Assembly: GCF_006345805.1 (NCBI RefSeq)
Contig: NW_021836880.1
Span: forward strand, 1 to 37,014
Direction: 5' to 3'
DNA from: Octopus sinensis
Taxonomy: Eukaryota
DNA length: 37,014 nt
Shown: positions 24,846-35,661 of the stretch, piece by piece
Layout of the letters: each line of letters opens with the position of its first letter
Numbering within the stretch: the first letter of the stretch is position 1
Notes under the pieces: generated by a model
The model's database searches: none
Told to the model about the DNA's origin: nothing
What the model saw: only the letters and a program-made list of their open reading frames with translations
Made by a program: the position numbers and the translations under genes

Positions 24846-25422
24846 GCCTTTGCACAGCTTCTAACGCTGGAGATGTACTACAGTGTCAGCTGATCACTAC
24901 CAGTGAACTAAGTTAACACCTCTTATTTTTCGAACACCTTCCGGAGTGTTCGAGCAGTGCTGTTTTCTGCAAGTGCTCCACCCTTATTGCAGCCCCTATT
25001 TGTTCCACGTACTTCTCGAGATTTTTGCTCACGCTTCCCAGGACTCCGACAATTATTAGTACTACTGCTACCTTTTTCCCCGTCCCCAACTGCTAAACTT
25101 CCCAAGCTAACCTGTCATATCTCGACTTTTCTTTCTTCCTTATCGCATACCTTGTTGTCAGCTGGACATGCCATATCTATGATCCAGCAAAGTTTGCTTT
25201 CTTTCTCAATTAAGACTATGTCCGGCTTCCTATTCTCTATTTCATGGTCGCACTAAATCATAAATTCCCATAGGATCTTTGCATTTCTGTTTTCGACGAT
25301 GCGTTCAGGTTTGTGGTTGTACCAATATTTTGCTCTGTCAAATCCATACTTGTTGCAGAGTGTCCAATGGACAAGCCTGGCTATATTGTCGTGGCGTCTC
25401 TTATATTCCTTCTGGGCTAGTG
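24846..25422 (-). mobile_element. R4/Dong-clade non-LTR retrotransposon 3' fragment (restriction-like endonuclease domain)
   Basis: LAQKEYKRRHDNIARLVHW...KILWEFMI*CDHEIENRKPDIVLIEK...IIDMACP...ARTLRKVFEK*, carrying the RHD and PD..D motifs. The 3' end abuts (TAA)n. Confidence 0.92.
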
Positions 25423-25430
25423 CCTAACCA

Positions 25431-25623
25431 CGAACGCACGGGGGACGTAAACAAACCAGCACTGGTTGCCAAACAGGTGTGGTGGTGACACCAACACACA
25501 CAGACACACATACACACGCACACGTACACACACAGAGTAACATATACGATGGGCTTCTTTCAGTTTTCTTTCACAACATCATACGCAACCGTCTAGACAG
25601 CCCAGGCTACAGCAGAAGACACT
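25431..25623 (-). mobile_element. SINE family A, internal fragment
   Basis: ggggacgtaaacaaaccagcac...gggcttctttcagttt...agaagacact. Confidence 0.75.
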
Positions 25624-25627
25624 CGTT

Positions 25628-25848
25628 AGTGGTGGTGGTGGTGGCGGTAATAATTGTAGCGGTGGTGGCGATGGCGGTGGTAATGAAGGTAGTGATGTGG
25701 TGATGGTGATGGCAACGCTGATGAGAGTAGTGGTGGTGGTGATGATGATGATGATGATGATGATGAAGATGACGATTATTAATGATGACGGTGATGATGA
25801 TGACGATGATGATGATGACGATGATGATGATGACGATGATGATGATGG

Positions 25849-25887
<39 letters not shown>

Positions 25888-25888
25888 C

Positions 25889-25927
<39 letters not shown>

Positions 25928-26090
25928 GATGATGATGATGGTGATGATGATGATGATCATGATGATGAGGTTAAGGCTAATGATGTTTGTGGTGGTGGTG
26001 ATGACGACAATGATGATAATGACTATGATGATGGTGGTGGTGGTGATGATGGTGATGACTACGATGATGATGATGATGATGATGGTGTTG
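25628..26090. repeat. (GGT)n/(GAT)n trinucleotide array
   Basis: Direct reading; source of the spurious poly-D/M/H/I ORFs. Confidence 0.95.
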
Positions 26091-26242
26091 TTGACAGACA
26101 GGAATTGTTGTCAGCTTGTTCCCATCCTTGCATGGTAATGCATGTGCGATAAAGATAAGATGACGGTTGCAGTAACACACACACACACACACACACACAT
26201 GAATATAAACATTAATCTTAAAAAAAAACACACTCATAAGAA

Positions 26243-26804
26243 TTACAATAACAAGGACAATAGTAGCAGCAGTAGCCGCAGCAGTAGCAATAGCCGTAGC
26301 AGCAACAGCAGCAGCTTTAACAATAACACTATGAACAACAACAACGTGTAACCACCACTACCAGTGTCGTCATCCTCCTCCTCCTCCTCCTCTTCCTCCT
26401 CCTCCTCCTCATCATCATCATCATCATCAAAATCATCGTCGTCGTCGTCGCAACAAACAAGCGTCTTCCATACTATTGTTACTAATGCCACCGTCACCTC
26501 TACCACCACCACCACCAACACCATCATCAACATCAACAACAACAATGAGAACAGCACCAACAACAATAACAACGACGACGTCGCTACCGCAACATAAATA
26601 ATATCATCGCCGCGACCACCACCACTACCAGCACCGACACCAGCATCTCCAACGCTCTTAGCAACTAATATCGCAGCCACCACCACCACCACCACCACCA
26701 CCACCACCACCACCATTACCACTACCACCACCACCACCACCATTACCACTACCACTACCAGCACCACCACCAGCTCCATCACCAGCTCCATCACCAGCAC
26801 CACC

Positions 26805-26836
<32 letters not shown>

Positions 26837-26980
26837 TACCACTATCAGCAAGAGCAGCGGCACCACCACCACTACCACCACTTGCAACATCAGCACCACC
26901 AGCACCAGCACCACCACCACCACTACCACTAACACCACTATCAGCAGCAGCACCACCACCTAAACCACCACCACCACTAC
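26243..26980. repeat. Compound (AAC/AGC/TCC/TCA/ACC)n trinucleotide array
   Basis: Direct reading. Confidence 0.92.
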
Positions 26981-27112
26981 TGAGTGGATTTAGCAAACGG
27001 AAACTGGAAGAAGTCCGTCGTATATATATATTCCAAAATGTAACTACACGGAGACAGTTGGCATCTTTTTTTCCCTCCGTCTTCCTTTTCTTTCAGACTT
27101 TCCTCTGTCTCC

Positions 27113-27149
27113 TGTTTCTGAAGAAGAGCTTTGCTCAAAACATAAAACA
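27113..27149 (+). ncRNA. Minimal type I hammerhead relic inside a pLTR-like fragment (about 27035-27310)
   Basis: TGTTT-CTGAAGA-AGAGC-TTT-GCTC-AAAACATA-AAACA. Helices I and II are perfect; two CpG-type G->A changes restore GAAACGTA. Confidence 0.7.
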
Positions 27150-27466
27150 CCCTTTCTTTCCTTTCCTGAGCGTTTTATTAATTAATACTTTGCATGTACC
27201 ACGTTCTCACGTTGTTGTTTTTTTTTTCATGTCTTTTTCTCCGTTTTTGCCTTTTCCCATTGTCGTTTCTACCCGCTCTGGTTGTTCTTACTCTGTTTTC
27301 TCTAATCTGCATATATATTTATGTGTGTGTTGTGTGTGTGTGTAGAGGAAGCAGGAATTCGCTCCAGCTCGCAATATACACCTTCTCCATATCGCAGTTT
27401 GTTACTTAAGCTTACGTCGATTCCTCCATGGTGTTGTTTAGCATTCATAATAAAATAAATATATAA

Positions 27467-27703
27467 GGTGGTGAGCTGGCAGAAACGTTAGCACGTCGGG
27501 CGAAATGCTTAGCGGTATTTCGTCTGCCGTTACGTTCTGAGTTCAAATTCCGCCGAGGTCGACTTTGCCTTTCATCATTTCGGGGTCGATAAATTAAGTA
27601 CCAGTTTCGCACTGGGGTCTATCTAATCGACTTAATCCGTTTGTCTGTCCTTGTCTGTCCCCTCTGTGTGTAGCCCTTGTGGGTAGTAAAGAAATAGGTA
27701 TTT
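27467..27703 (+). mobile_element. tRNA-derived SINE family B, near full length
   Basis: A-box-like TGGCAGAAACG, B-box GAGTTCAAATTCC, central GCCTTTCATC.TTTCGGGGTCGATAAATTAAGTACC domain. Confidence 0.88.
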
Positions 27704-27914
27704 CACCGTTCCTAAAAACAATTGTCTCATTTTCATATTCTCGAAGTTTCTTAAGACTTATCATGTTACCAATACACCCCCCACACACACACATAACCAC
27801 ACATACACACACACACACACATACACACACACACACACAGATACATACACACACGTACACACTCACACACACTCATGTCTGCCTACCTATCTTCATACAT
27901 ACATATATGTATCC

Positions 27915-28309
27915 CAGCGCCGGATGAACCATTAGCGCGTGCTTAGGGTATCAAGGGAAGGCGGGGCCGCCGCAGAAATGATAAATGTTTTACGGCACAA
28001 AAAAATCACTTTAAACTCTCTAAAACAACATTGGCAGTGATTTCTATAATCGAAAATATAATTTCGAAGTGTTCATGGTAAAAGAGTGATACAGTTAAAC
28101 AAAGGTAAGAGAAAGCTTTCTAAATATAAATAAACCGGAAGTAATCAAAAATAAACATTATTTTCAATCTTACTGTTCGTTTACTTTCATTTTGAAACAT
28201 AAAAATTAATTTTATTGTTTATTATTGTTTATATTTTGAATTACATATATACGGGGGCACTAAATTATTTAAAGTGTTTTGGACCTCTGTGGGTCTTAAT
28301 CCGGCTCTT
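27915..28309. mobile_element. Probable hAT-type MITE
   Basis: Imperfect TIRs CAGCGCCGGATGAA / TTAATCCGGCTCTT (11/14), GC-rich ends around an AT-rich core. No 8-bp TSD visible. Confidence 0.55.
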
Positions 28310-28710
28310 TCTACATTCATCCATCAATACATATATACATACTAGACGTAGAGGTATAAATACGTACATGAATTCACCCAAGGATTTACACACACATACA
28401 CACACACACATACACACACACACATATATACAATTGAAAAATATGATAAAATCTTTATAAGAATTTATCAAGTAGTTAACGGGAAAAACCTCATAAGGGA
28501 AAAATCCATCAATTATGCCTCTTAAATACATTTATGGATATTAAGGGCAGTACTATACATAAATGCCTCATGCTAGGAGGGACTCTTAAAGTCAAAACTA
28601 CCATAATAAATGAAACATAATAAATAAACACAAATAATATATATACATATAAGGCACAAATACACAGATACAACATATGCACATATACGCAGGTACATAT
28701 ATGCATACAT

Positions 28711-28943
28711 CATTACGTGACCACGTGATCGACCAAACTATCCCTTGTTACAAATGGCTGGTCACTGTGTTTTGCATTGTTTTAGCCTTCGAATGACACC
28801 TCCCCAATGACTAGATGGCGAGGAGGTGCAACATGAAATGTAGTGGTTTGCTCAAGAATACAACCTGCCGCCCAGTTTGGGAACCGAACCTACGATCTGC
28901 CGATCATGAGTGCATCACCTTAACCACCAGGCAACACGCCTCC
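28711..28943 (-). mobile_element. SINE family C-related copy
   Basis: Minus-strand head GGAGGCGTGTTGCCTGGTGGTTAAGG...GGTTCGGTTCCC...TTCTTGAGCAA. Confidence 0.7.
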
Positions 28944-29038
28944 ACGCATACATGCATATATACATACATATATAGACCACTTGCACTGACTCCATATACT
29001 GGAAATATACACATATACATGCAAAAATATTCTGTTGC

Positions 29039-29611
29039 TGTTGTTGAAATCCCAATAGAGGTGCCTTGGATCTAGGTTAGAAACCGGCTCTTTCTCTATT
29101 GGCAAGAAATCGTGAACCAAAACTGAACAATGGCATACATACATACATACATACATACATACATACATACACATACACATACATACGTACGTACGTACAT
29201 ACATACGTACGTACATACATACATACGTACGTACGCACGTACATACATATATACATTCATACATACATACATACATACATGCATACATACATACATACAT
29301 ACATACATCGTACGTACATACATACGTACGTACATACATACATACGTACGTACGTACGTACATACATATATACATTCATACATATATACATACATACATG
29401 CATACATACATACATACATACATGCATACATACATACATACATAAATACATACATACATACATGCATACATGCATACATACATACATACATACATACATA
29501 CATACATACATACATACATACCCTGTTGTTGAAATTCCAATGAAGGAGGCTTGGATCTAGGTTAGAAACCAGCTCTTTCTCTATCGGCAAGAAATCTTGA
29601 AACAAAACTGA
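29039..29611. repeat. Two ~90-bp direct repeats (29039-29128, 29523-29611) enclosing an (ACAT)n/(ACGT)n array
   Basis: ctgttgttgaaat.ccaat...cttggatctaggttagaaacc.gctctttctctat.ggcaagaaatc.tgaa.caaaactgaa occurs twice. Confidence 0.9.
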
Positions 29612-30127
29612 ATAGATACATACGCCCGTACGTAAATACATACCACAATCTTAGGGAGGAAAAACAACAAAAAACAACAAACACTCAAAATAATTGTAAG
29701 ATGTCTTGGTTGGTTAACTTTATATATGAGGTGTGTGATTTGACATTGAACAATGTATGCTGGGTAATTGTATGAACGTCAACTCAGCGACGGCACGGTT
29801 TTACTATATGAATACAGCAGCAAGATGAGTAGGTGTTCAGGATGTTGATAATATCACATTTGTAATATTAGATAAATCTTGAATGATCGCCATTTTACAG
29901 ACAACTAAGCTAAGATTTGGGTCAAGTGGCATAATGGAGAGATAATTAAACGTAGATACGCACGCATGCACACGCGCACACGCACACACACACACACACA
30001 CATATATAGGTGCTTTCTTTGTGAGTGTATGTGTGTATTAATGTGTGTATATATATAATATATTGTGTGTAGATGTAGATGTGTATGTGTATATGTGGTT
30101 TGTTGCATGGCTGTCTGTGTATTCAGG

Positions 30128-30166
30128 TCTATCTATCTATCTATATCTATCTATCTATCTATCTAT

Positions 30167-30209
<43 letters not shown>

Positions 30210-30600
30210 GTCTGTCTGTCTCTGTCGTCCTCGTCTGTCTATCTATCTATCTATCTATCTATCTACTATCTATCTATCTATCTACTATCTATCTATCTAT
30301 CTTTCTGTCGGTCTGTCTGTCTGTCTGTCTATCGGATCTATCTATTATCTATCTATCTATATAGATCTATATATCTATCTATCTATCTATATTCTATCTC
30401 TATCTATCTATCTATACTTCTATCTATCTATCTATCTATCTATTTATTTATCTATATTTCTTTCTATGTTATGTATTATTATATCTAATCTATCTATCTA
30501 TCTATCTATCTATCTAGCTGTATGTCTGTCTGACTATCTATAGATAGATACATAGAAAGAAATATAGATAATAAATAGATAGATAGATATACAGATAGAT
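30128..30600. repeat. (ATCT)n switching to (AGAT)n
   Basis: Direct reading; orientation flips near 30540. Confidence 0.9.
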
Positions 30601-30746
30601 AGAGCATAGGAACGTGAAACACTGTGTAACAGTTTTTGTTATATTTCTGCTGCTTTTAAATAAAGCCTATTACTCTACCTCTGGTATTTGAGTACTCTTT
30701 TTTCCACCTTGTTTCACGTTTATGTGCTTACTCCGGCACATATACA

Positions 30747-30782
<36 letters not shown>

Positions 30783-30856
30783 TATATATACATATACATA
30801 CATGCACACACTCACACACACACACACAACACACACACATATATATATATATATAC

Positions 30857-30921
30857 AGGCGCAGGAGTGGATGTAATAGCTGTATGGTAAGAAGCTTCTT
30901 ACCCAAACACATAGTTCTGGG
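30857..30921 (+). mobile_element. SINE family A head fragment
   Basis: AGGCGCAGGAGTGG...TGGTAAGAAGCTT. Confidence 0.65.
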
Positions 30922-31127
30922 TATTTGACATATAATACACACTTTTTCAATATACAAGTGAATAAACAAATATCAAAAGCAACCATCCCGGTCCAATATG
31001 CAGAGTTGAGCTTTCACTACATGTTTTAATGTGGAACAGGTAAAAAGAATAAGAAGGAAAATACGAAATATCTTCGAAAATTTTCAGCAATCTCATTTCC
31101 ATTTTCAAAATTGATATAACGAAAATT

Positions 31128-31336
31128 GAAGGCAGCGAGCGGGCAGAATCGTTTCCGCACCGGACAAAATACTGCTAAGCATTTTGTCCGTCTTTACGTC
31201 TTTTCAAAATCTGCCGAGGTCGACTTTGACTTTTATCCTTACGGATTCGATAAAATAAGTACCAGTTGATCCCTGGGGTTGATGTAATCGATTGACTCCT
31301 TTGTCCAAATTTGCTTGTCTCGAATTTTGAAACCAG
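31128..31336 (+). mobile_element. SINE family B with 13-bp target-site duplication
   Basis: TATAACGAAAATT at 31115-31127 and 31337-31349 flanks a copy homologous to 27467-27640. Confidence 0.9.
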
Positions 31337-31696
31337 TATAACGAAAATTCAGGCCTTGTGTTTGAGTATTGAGTTCTGACTATAAAGCAATCGCCAACTT
31401 TTGCTTGTGTGAATCCAAATGGACTCTCAAATGATGTTGAGGAAAACTTGAATATCCTGTTCCAACCAATTTGAAATCTCAATTTATTTATTATTTGTTT
31501 CTGTGGCAGCTGGTAAACTCTTTTTACTTACCACCCGAGTTTATGCTGAAATTCAAAACCTTACCAGAATTCTTTATATTTTTTCTTTTTTCTTTTTGTG
31601 AATCAATCGTCTCTTCGTCTGCTTCTCCCCGTTTCCAGGTATTTCTTTCTTCGTTTGTTCTTCCTCATTTATGTCAGTTTCACTGATGGACTGGAT

Positions 31697-31890
31697 GAGT
31701 TTGTGATGTCCTTCTTGCTTGAAGAAATTGGTTCGTTATACCATAAAAGGGTTTTCTCTTGCTGGTAGGCTTAATGACGATATTTTCCCGTTTTCAGAGT
31801 TTCCAATTGGGGTGAGGGCATTGAGTTCCGATGGGAGAGGGTTTGAACTTTTTGTCTCGTTTGTTGAATTTGATGATGTTCAATTGTAAC
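31697..31890 (-). mobile_element. Decayed Penelope-like RT N-terminal fragment
   Basis: SNPLPSELNALT / RENIVIKPTSK / FKQEGHHKL across frameshifts resembles the PLE motif NL..E..AL..L....IVIKPADKG...Y..E..RQL. Confidence 0.6.
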
Positions 31891-31984
31891 GGCAATCATT
31901 TGCAGTTAACATAACTGAATGGTGCAGGCCCAAGCTGCACCATCCAGTTGGAGTTGCGCTCGAAATGCACATCATTGAGCGTTC

Positions 31985-32278
31985 CATTTGGTTCGATCAA
32001 CGGAACAACCTGCTCATGACAATAACGTACAAGTGACTGTGCACTTCACAGACACGCGTAACCTTGACGTAGTTAAGAGAGATTCAGTGCGACACAGAAT
32101 GTGACAAGGCTGGCCCTTTGAAATACCGGTACAATTCCTTTTTGCCGACTGACTAGACTGTTTGAACGTGAAATAAAGTGTCTTGCTCAAGGACGCTATT
32201 GAACTCACGTCGCAGAGATTGAACTCATGACCATGCAATCGAGAGCCGAATATCTTAACTACTAGGCTAAGCGCCTTC
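31985..32278 (-). mobile_element. tRNA-derived SINE, family C head with a different 3' half
   Basis: Minus strand GAAGGCGCTTAGCCTAGTAGTTAAG...GAGTTCAATCTC...TCCTTGAGCAAGACACTTTATTTCAC. Confidence 0.8.
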
Positions 32279-32490
32279 GTAAAATGAACATCTAGTCTCA
32301 ACAGGAAATTAATTCCAGAAACTTGACATTCTCGTGAAGAACTAAGTGTGGTTGTTAGGGTGAGGTGTAGAGAATATGGGTGGCGATAGATTGGAAGAAG
32401 AGTAAATCAGAAGTACAAGCAAGGACCTTGCTGTGATAGCTAGAATTTTCCACTCTCTACGACGCATTAAAACAAGCAACTTTATCAGGC

Positions 32491-32567
32491 TTACATTATT
32501 TACATTATTTACATTATTTACATTATTTACATTATTTACATTATTTACATTATTTACATTATTTACA
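32491..32567. repeat. 9-bp minisatellite (TTACATTAT) x ~8.5
   Basis: Direct reading; the unit is the reverse complement of TGTAAATAATGTA near 33810. Confidence 0.95.
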
Positions 32568-32690
32568 TTTGACGGATATTTGTATCAACCAACGTTTTGG
32601 TTGATACACCCTCCAGCCTTCATCAGGTGTCTTGGGGAAATTTCAAACCTGGGTTCTTATTCCTAACGTATTTTTTGATGTTGTTGTTAT
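32568..32690 (-). mobile_element. Inverted copy of the hammerhead block at 33663-33825
   Basis: Minus strand GACAC-CTGATGA-AGGCTG-GAGGGTGTAT-CAACC-AAAACGTT. Confidence 0.85.
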
Positions 32691-32765
32691 GGCATATGGC
32701 GTAGTGGTTAAGTGCGCGGGCTACTAGCCCCAAAATTCCTAGTTCAATTCCAAGCAGTGACCTAA
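32691..32765 (+). mobile_element. tRNA-like Pol III head (not a functional tRNA)
   Basis: A-box TGGCGTAGTGG at 32697, B-box AGTTCAATTCC at 32741, anticodon-arm-like GGGCTACTAGCCC. The acceptor stem does not pair. Confidence 0.7.
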
Positions 32766-32795
32766 ATAATAAGGATAATAATAATAATAATAATA

Positions 32796-33017
32796 ATCCT
32801 ACGCAAAATACTCTCTATGTAATCCCAAGGTTTAAAACAAACTTTTTAAAAAAATTTATCTATTAGACATTCACTAGTACAACACCAAAAAAAAAACCCC
32901 AAATATATGGCCCACTAGGCATAACAACAACGTGAACTTCCAACCTGTTGTCTTTTGAGGTCTCTGGGTGAGACTTGGAACCAACTTGTTCAGACATAAA
33001 GCAAAAGTCAAACATAG
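32796..33017 (+). mobile_element. Second R4/Dong-type 3' fragment inside (TAA)n
   Basis: Begins ILRKILSM* (compare TLRKVFEK* at 24923), followed by a 3' UTR. (TAA)n on both sides. Confidence 0.7.
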
Positions 33018-33040
33018 AATAATAATAATAATAATAATAA

Positions 33041-33070
<30 letters not shown>

Positions 33071-33072
<2 letters not shown>

Positions 33073-33611
33073 CAGGCAGTAGCTCTCATGGCTTCTGATC
33101 TTAACTGATTGGAAGTGTTATCATGTACATTGTTTTGTCTTGGTATAAAAGATGGGCTACAGCAAATATTCTGCTCAATACCACAGATTTGCTTGTCAGT
33201 TGTTTGACCTTAACCAGTTGAGCATGTCCCTTAGTGGCTGAAGATATGTGCATCTCTGATCACGAGCAGAAGTAGTGGGGGAGCATCATAGCCATGTGTT
33301 GAGAGGGATTCTTTGGGGTTTGAATAGTTCACCTCTGGAAACATGGGTGGTTCTTTCAACATCCTTAAACAACCCTTATTCAGGGACCGTTTGAGCGGGA
33401 TGGGCTACTCAACCTGAAGAAAATTCTAACTGGGCCCCACCTGCAAGGTCATGTGCTGTTTATCTTGATATGAGATCACCATGTCGCGCACATATGGTTG
33501 TGATGCATGTGCCTGGTGTACCTTTATCAGACGGGTAGTCATGATGGGTATATTGGGCTTCGTATATTTTACCCCAGTGTCACTTTGATGGCATGAACTG
33601 CTCTCTCACTC
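33071..33611. mobile_element. 541-bp non-coding insertion bracketed by (TAA)n
   Basis: Sharp boundaries to pure TAA arrays on both sides and no long ORF. Probably a TAA-targeted retroelement 3' UTR or non-autonomous element (inference). Confidence 0.6.
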
Positions 33612-33664
<53 letters not shown>

Positions 33665-33727
33665 AATAACAACAACAACATTGAAAAATACCTTAGGAAT
33701 GAGAACTCAGGTTCAAAATTTCCCCAA

Positions 33728-33773
33728 GACACCTGATGAAAGCTGGAGGGTATATCAGACGAAACGTTGTGTT
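33728..33773 (+). ncRNA. Minimal type I hammerhead-like motif
   Basis: GACAC-CTGATGA-AAGCTG-GAGGGTATAT-CAGAC-GAAACGTT-GTGTT. Intact core, helix I GACAC/GTGTT, palindromic AACGTT, two mismatches in helix II. Confidence 0.75.
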
Positions 33774-34121
33774 AACAACAAACAAGATGAGGACAAATAT
33801 CCATCAATTGTAAATAATGTACATAATTCCTCATCTGTTAAATATAGAACTGTGTTTAATTAGGCTTAAATCGTCAGCAGAATGTCTAAGTTGTTCTTCG
33901 ATCTGGGCGAAATAACAAATTACTCTCAAACTGTGTTAGAAGGAGAGGAACAAAGGAGTTGAGAAAGAGAGGCCATGCTGGATTAGCTTGAAGGGAAAAT
34001 AAACAGGAGGGTCACAGACAGAACGCCCTTTTTGTTTTAATATCATAGGTCTATTTAAGTATGGCTGACCTGGGAGCTAGACACCAACGACAGTTAACAT
34101 GAGCACATGAACGACAACAAA

Positions 34122-34194
<73 letters not shown>

Positions 34195-34539
34195 TTATAG
34201 AATACACTGCTTGTCCTCCACACAGCCTCTTTAACCATCAATAGATTTTGTTCGAATTCTCGTCGTGATTATCTTTGTAAATTTATCTCACTGTCAATAA
34301 CAACTCTGACAATCTGCATATTGGGCCACACACAAACACACACGCAAACAGACACACACACACACACACTCTCTCTCTCTCTCACACACACACCATATAT
34401 AATCACACACACACACACACACACACGCGAATAATTTATCTAATATCCTTATCTGTCTTATGTCTTATCTGGCACACTCACATTTCTTTCATACGCTCTT
34501 ACTCTTTTATTTCGTCTAGCTGCTATTTTCTTATCTTTC

Positions 34540-34952
34540 TCCTTCTTTCTTTCGCCCTCTCTGTCTCTCTGTCCCTCTCTCACTCCCCCTCTCTCTCACT
34601 CTTTTCTTCTTATTCCTTTCCTTGCATGACTTTCACCCCTCTTCTTCCATTCTCTTTGATTTTTTTCTTCTCTTTTCTGTTTAGTCTTTGTCTATAAACC
34701 ACCAGCGCGTCGTTCACTCTCTCCTTCCTTACTCTCTCTCTCATTCTTTTCCCTTTCTCCCTCTCTCGTCACTCTCTCTCTCTTTCTCTTTCCTTTTTCG
34801 CTTTGTGACTCACTCTCTTTCTCTCTCTTTCTCTCTCTTTATTTATCTCTATTTCTCTCTCTTTTCCATTTCTCTCTCTCGTCACTCAGGTCCCACTCTT
34901 TCCCTTTCTCTCTCTCTCTTTCTTCCCCTTTTCTCCCTCTCTCTCCTCTCTC

Positions 34953-34995
<43 letters not shown>

Positions 34996-35400
34996 TCGTT
35001 CTTTCTCTCTCTCCCTCTATCACCTTGCGTTTCACTGTTACCTTCTCTGACTCTCTGATTAATTCTCCCTCTCTCTCTCTCTCTTCCATTTCTCTCTCTC
35101 GTCACTCACGTCTCTCTCTTTCCCTTTCTCTCTCTCTCTTTCTTCCTTTTTTCTCCCTCTCTCTCTCTTTCTTTCTCTCTCTCTCCCTCTTTATCATTTT
35201 GCGTTTCACTGTTACCATCTCTAACTCTCTGATTAACTCTCCCCCTCTCCCATCACTCGCTCCCTTTCTCTTCACTTTTTCTTTCAGGTCACTCTCACTT
35301 TCTCTCTCTCCTTCTCTTTATCATTTTCTTTTTCACTTACCCTCTCAGATTAACTTTTTCCCTTTCTCTCTCCTCCTCCTCCTTTTCTCTTAGTCCCTGT
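34540..35400. repeat. (CT)-rich polypyrimidine tract with ~220-bp-period internal duplication
   Basis: tccatttctctctctcgtcactca...ttgcgtttcactgttacc.tctct.actctctgattaa starts near 34865 and again near 35085. Confidence 0.9.
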
Positions 35401-35492
35401 CTGCATGACTGTCGAATTTCTGTCTGTCTGTGTGTCTGTATATTTTCCAATCTTCCAATTTCCAATTTTTGCTATATTTTTTTCGTATTTTT

Positions 35493-35661
35493 CTTTATCT
35501 TTTACTTGTTTCAGTCATAGGATTGTGGCCATGCTGGAGCATTTCGTTCAAACGTTTAATCCAGCAAATCGACTCCAGCACTCATGTTTTTTAAAGTATG
35601 TTTCTTATTCTATCGCTCTTCATTGTCGAACTGCTATGTTATAAGAACAAACCAATACCAG
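35493..35661 (-). mobile_element. SINE family A 3' half, diverged
   Basis: cttttacttgtttcagtcataggattgtggccatgctggagca...cttattctatcg. Confidence 0.8.

Noticed and set aside
25697-26996. Poly-Asp, poly-His, poly-Gly and poly-Val ORFs resembling biomineral or structural proteins
   Set aside because: Open in several frames on both strands, as expected for trinucleotide microsatellites; no unique coding flanks or splice support.
29039-29611. CRISPR-like or LTR-like direct repeats
   Set aside because: Only two repeats with a microsatellite spacer, no cas genes, no TG..CA/PBS/PPT, and a eukaryotic context.
30620-30735. GAAACACTGTGTA plus AATAAA, like the 3' half of a pLTR hammerhead
   Set aside because: The 5' CTGANGA half is missing; insufficient to call.
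32691-32765. Functional tRNA gene (anticodon ACT)
   Set aside because: Acceptor stem does not pair and it is embedded in a repeat; treated as a SINE-type head.
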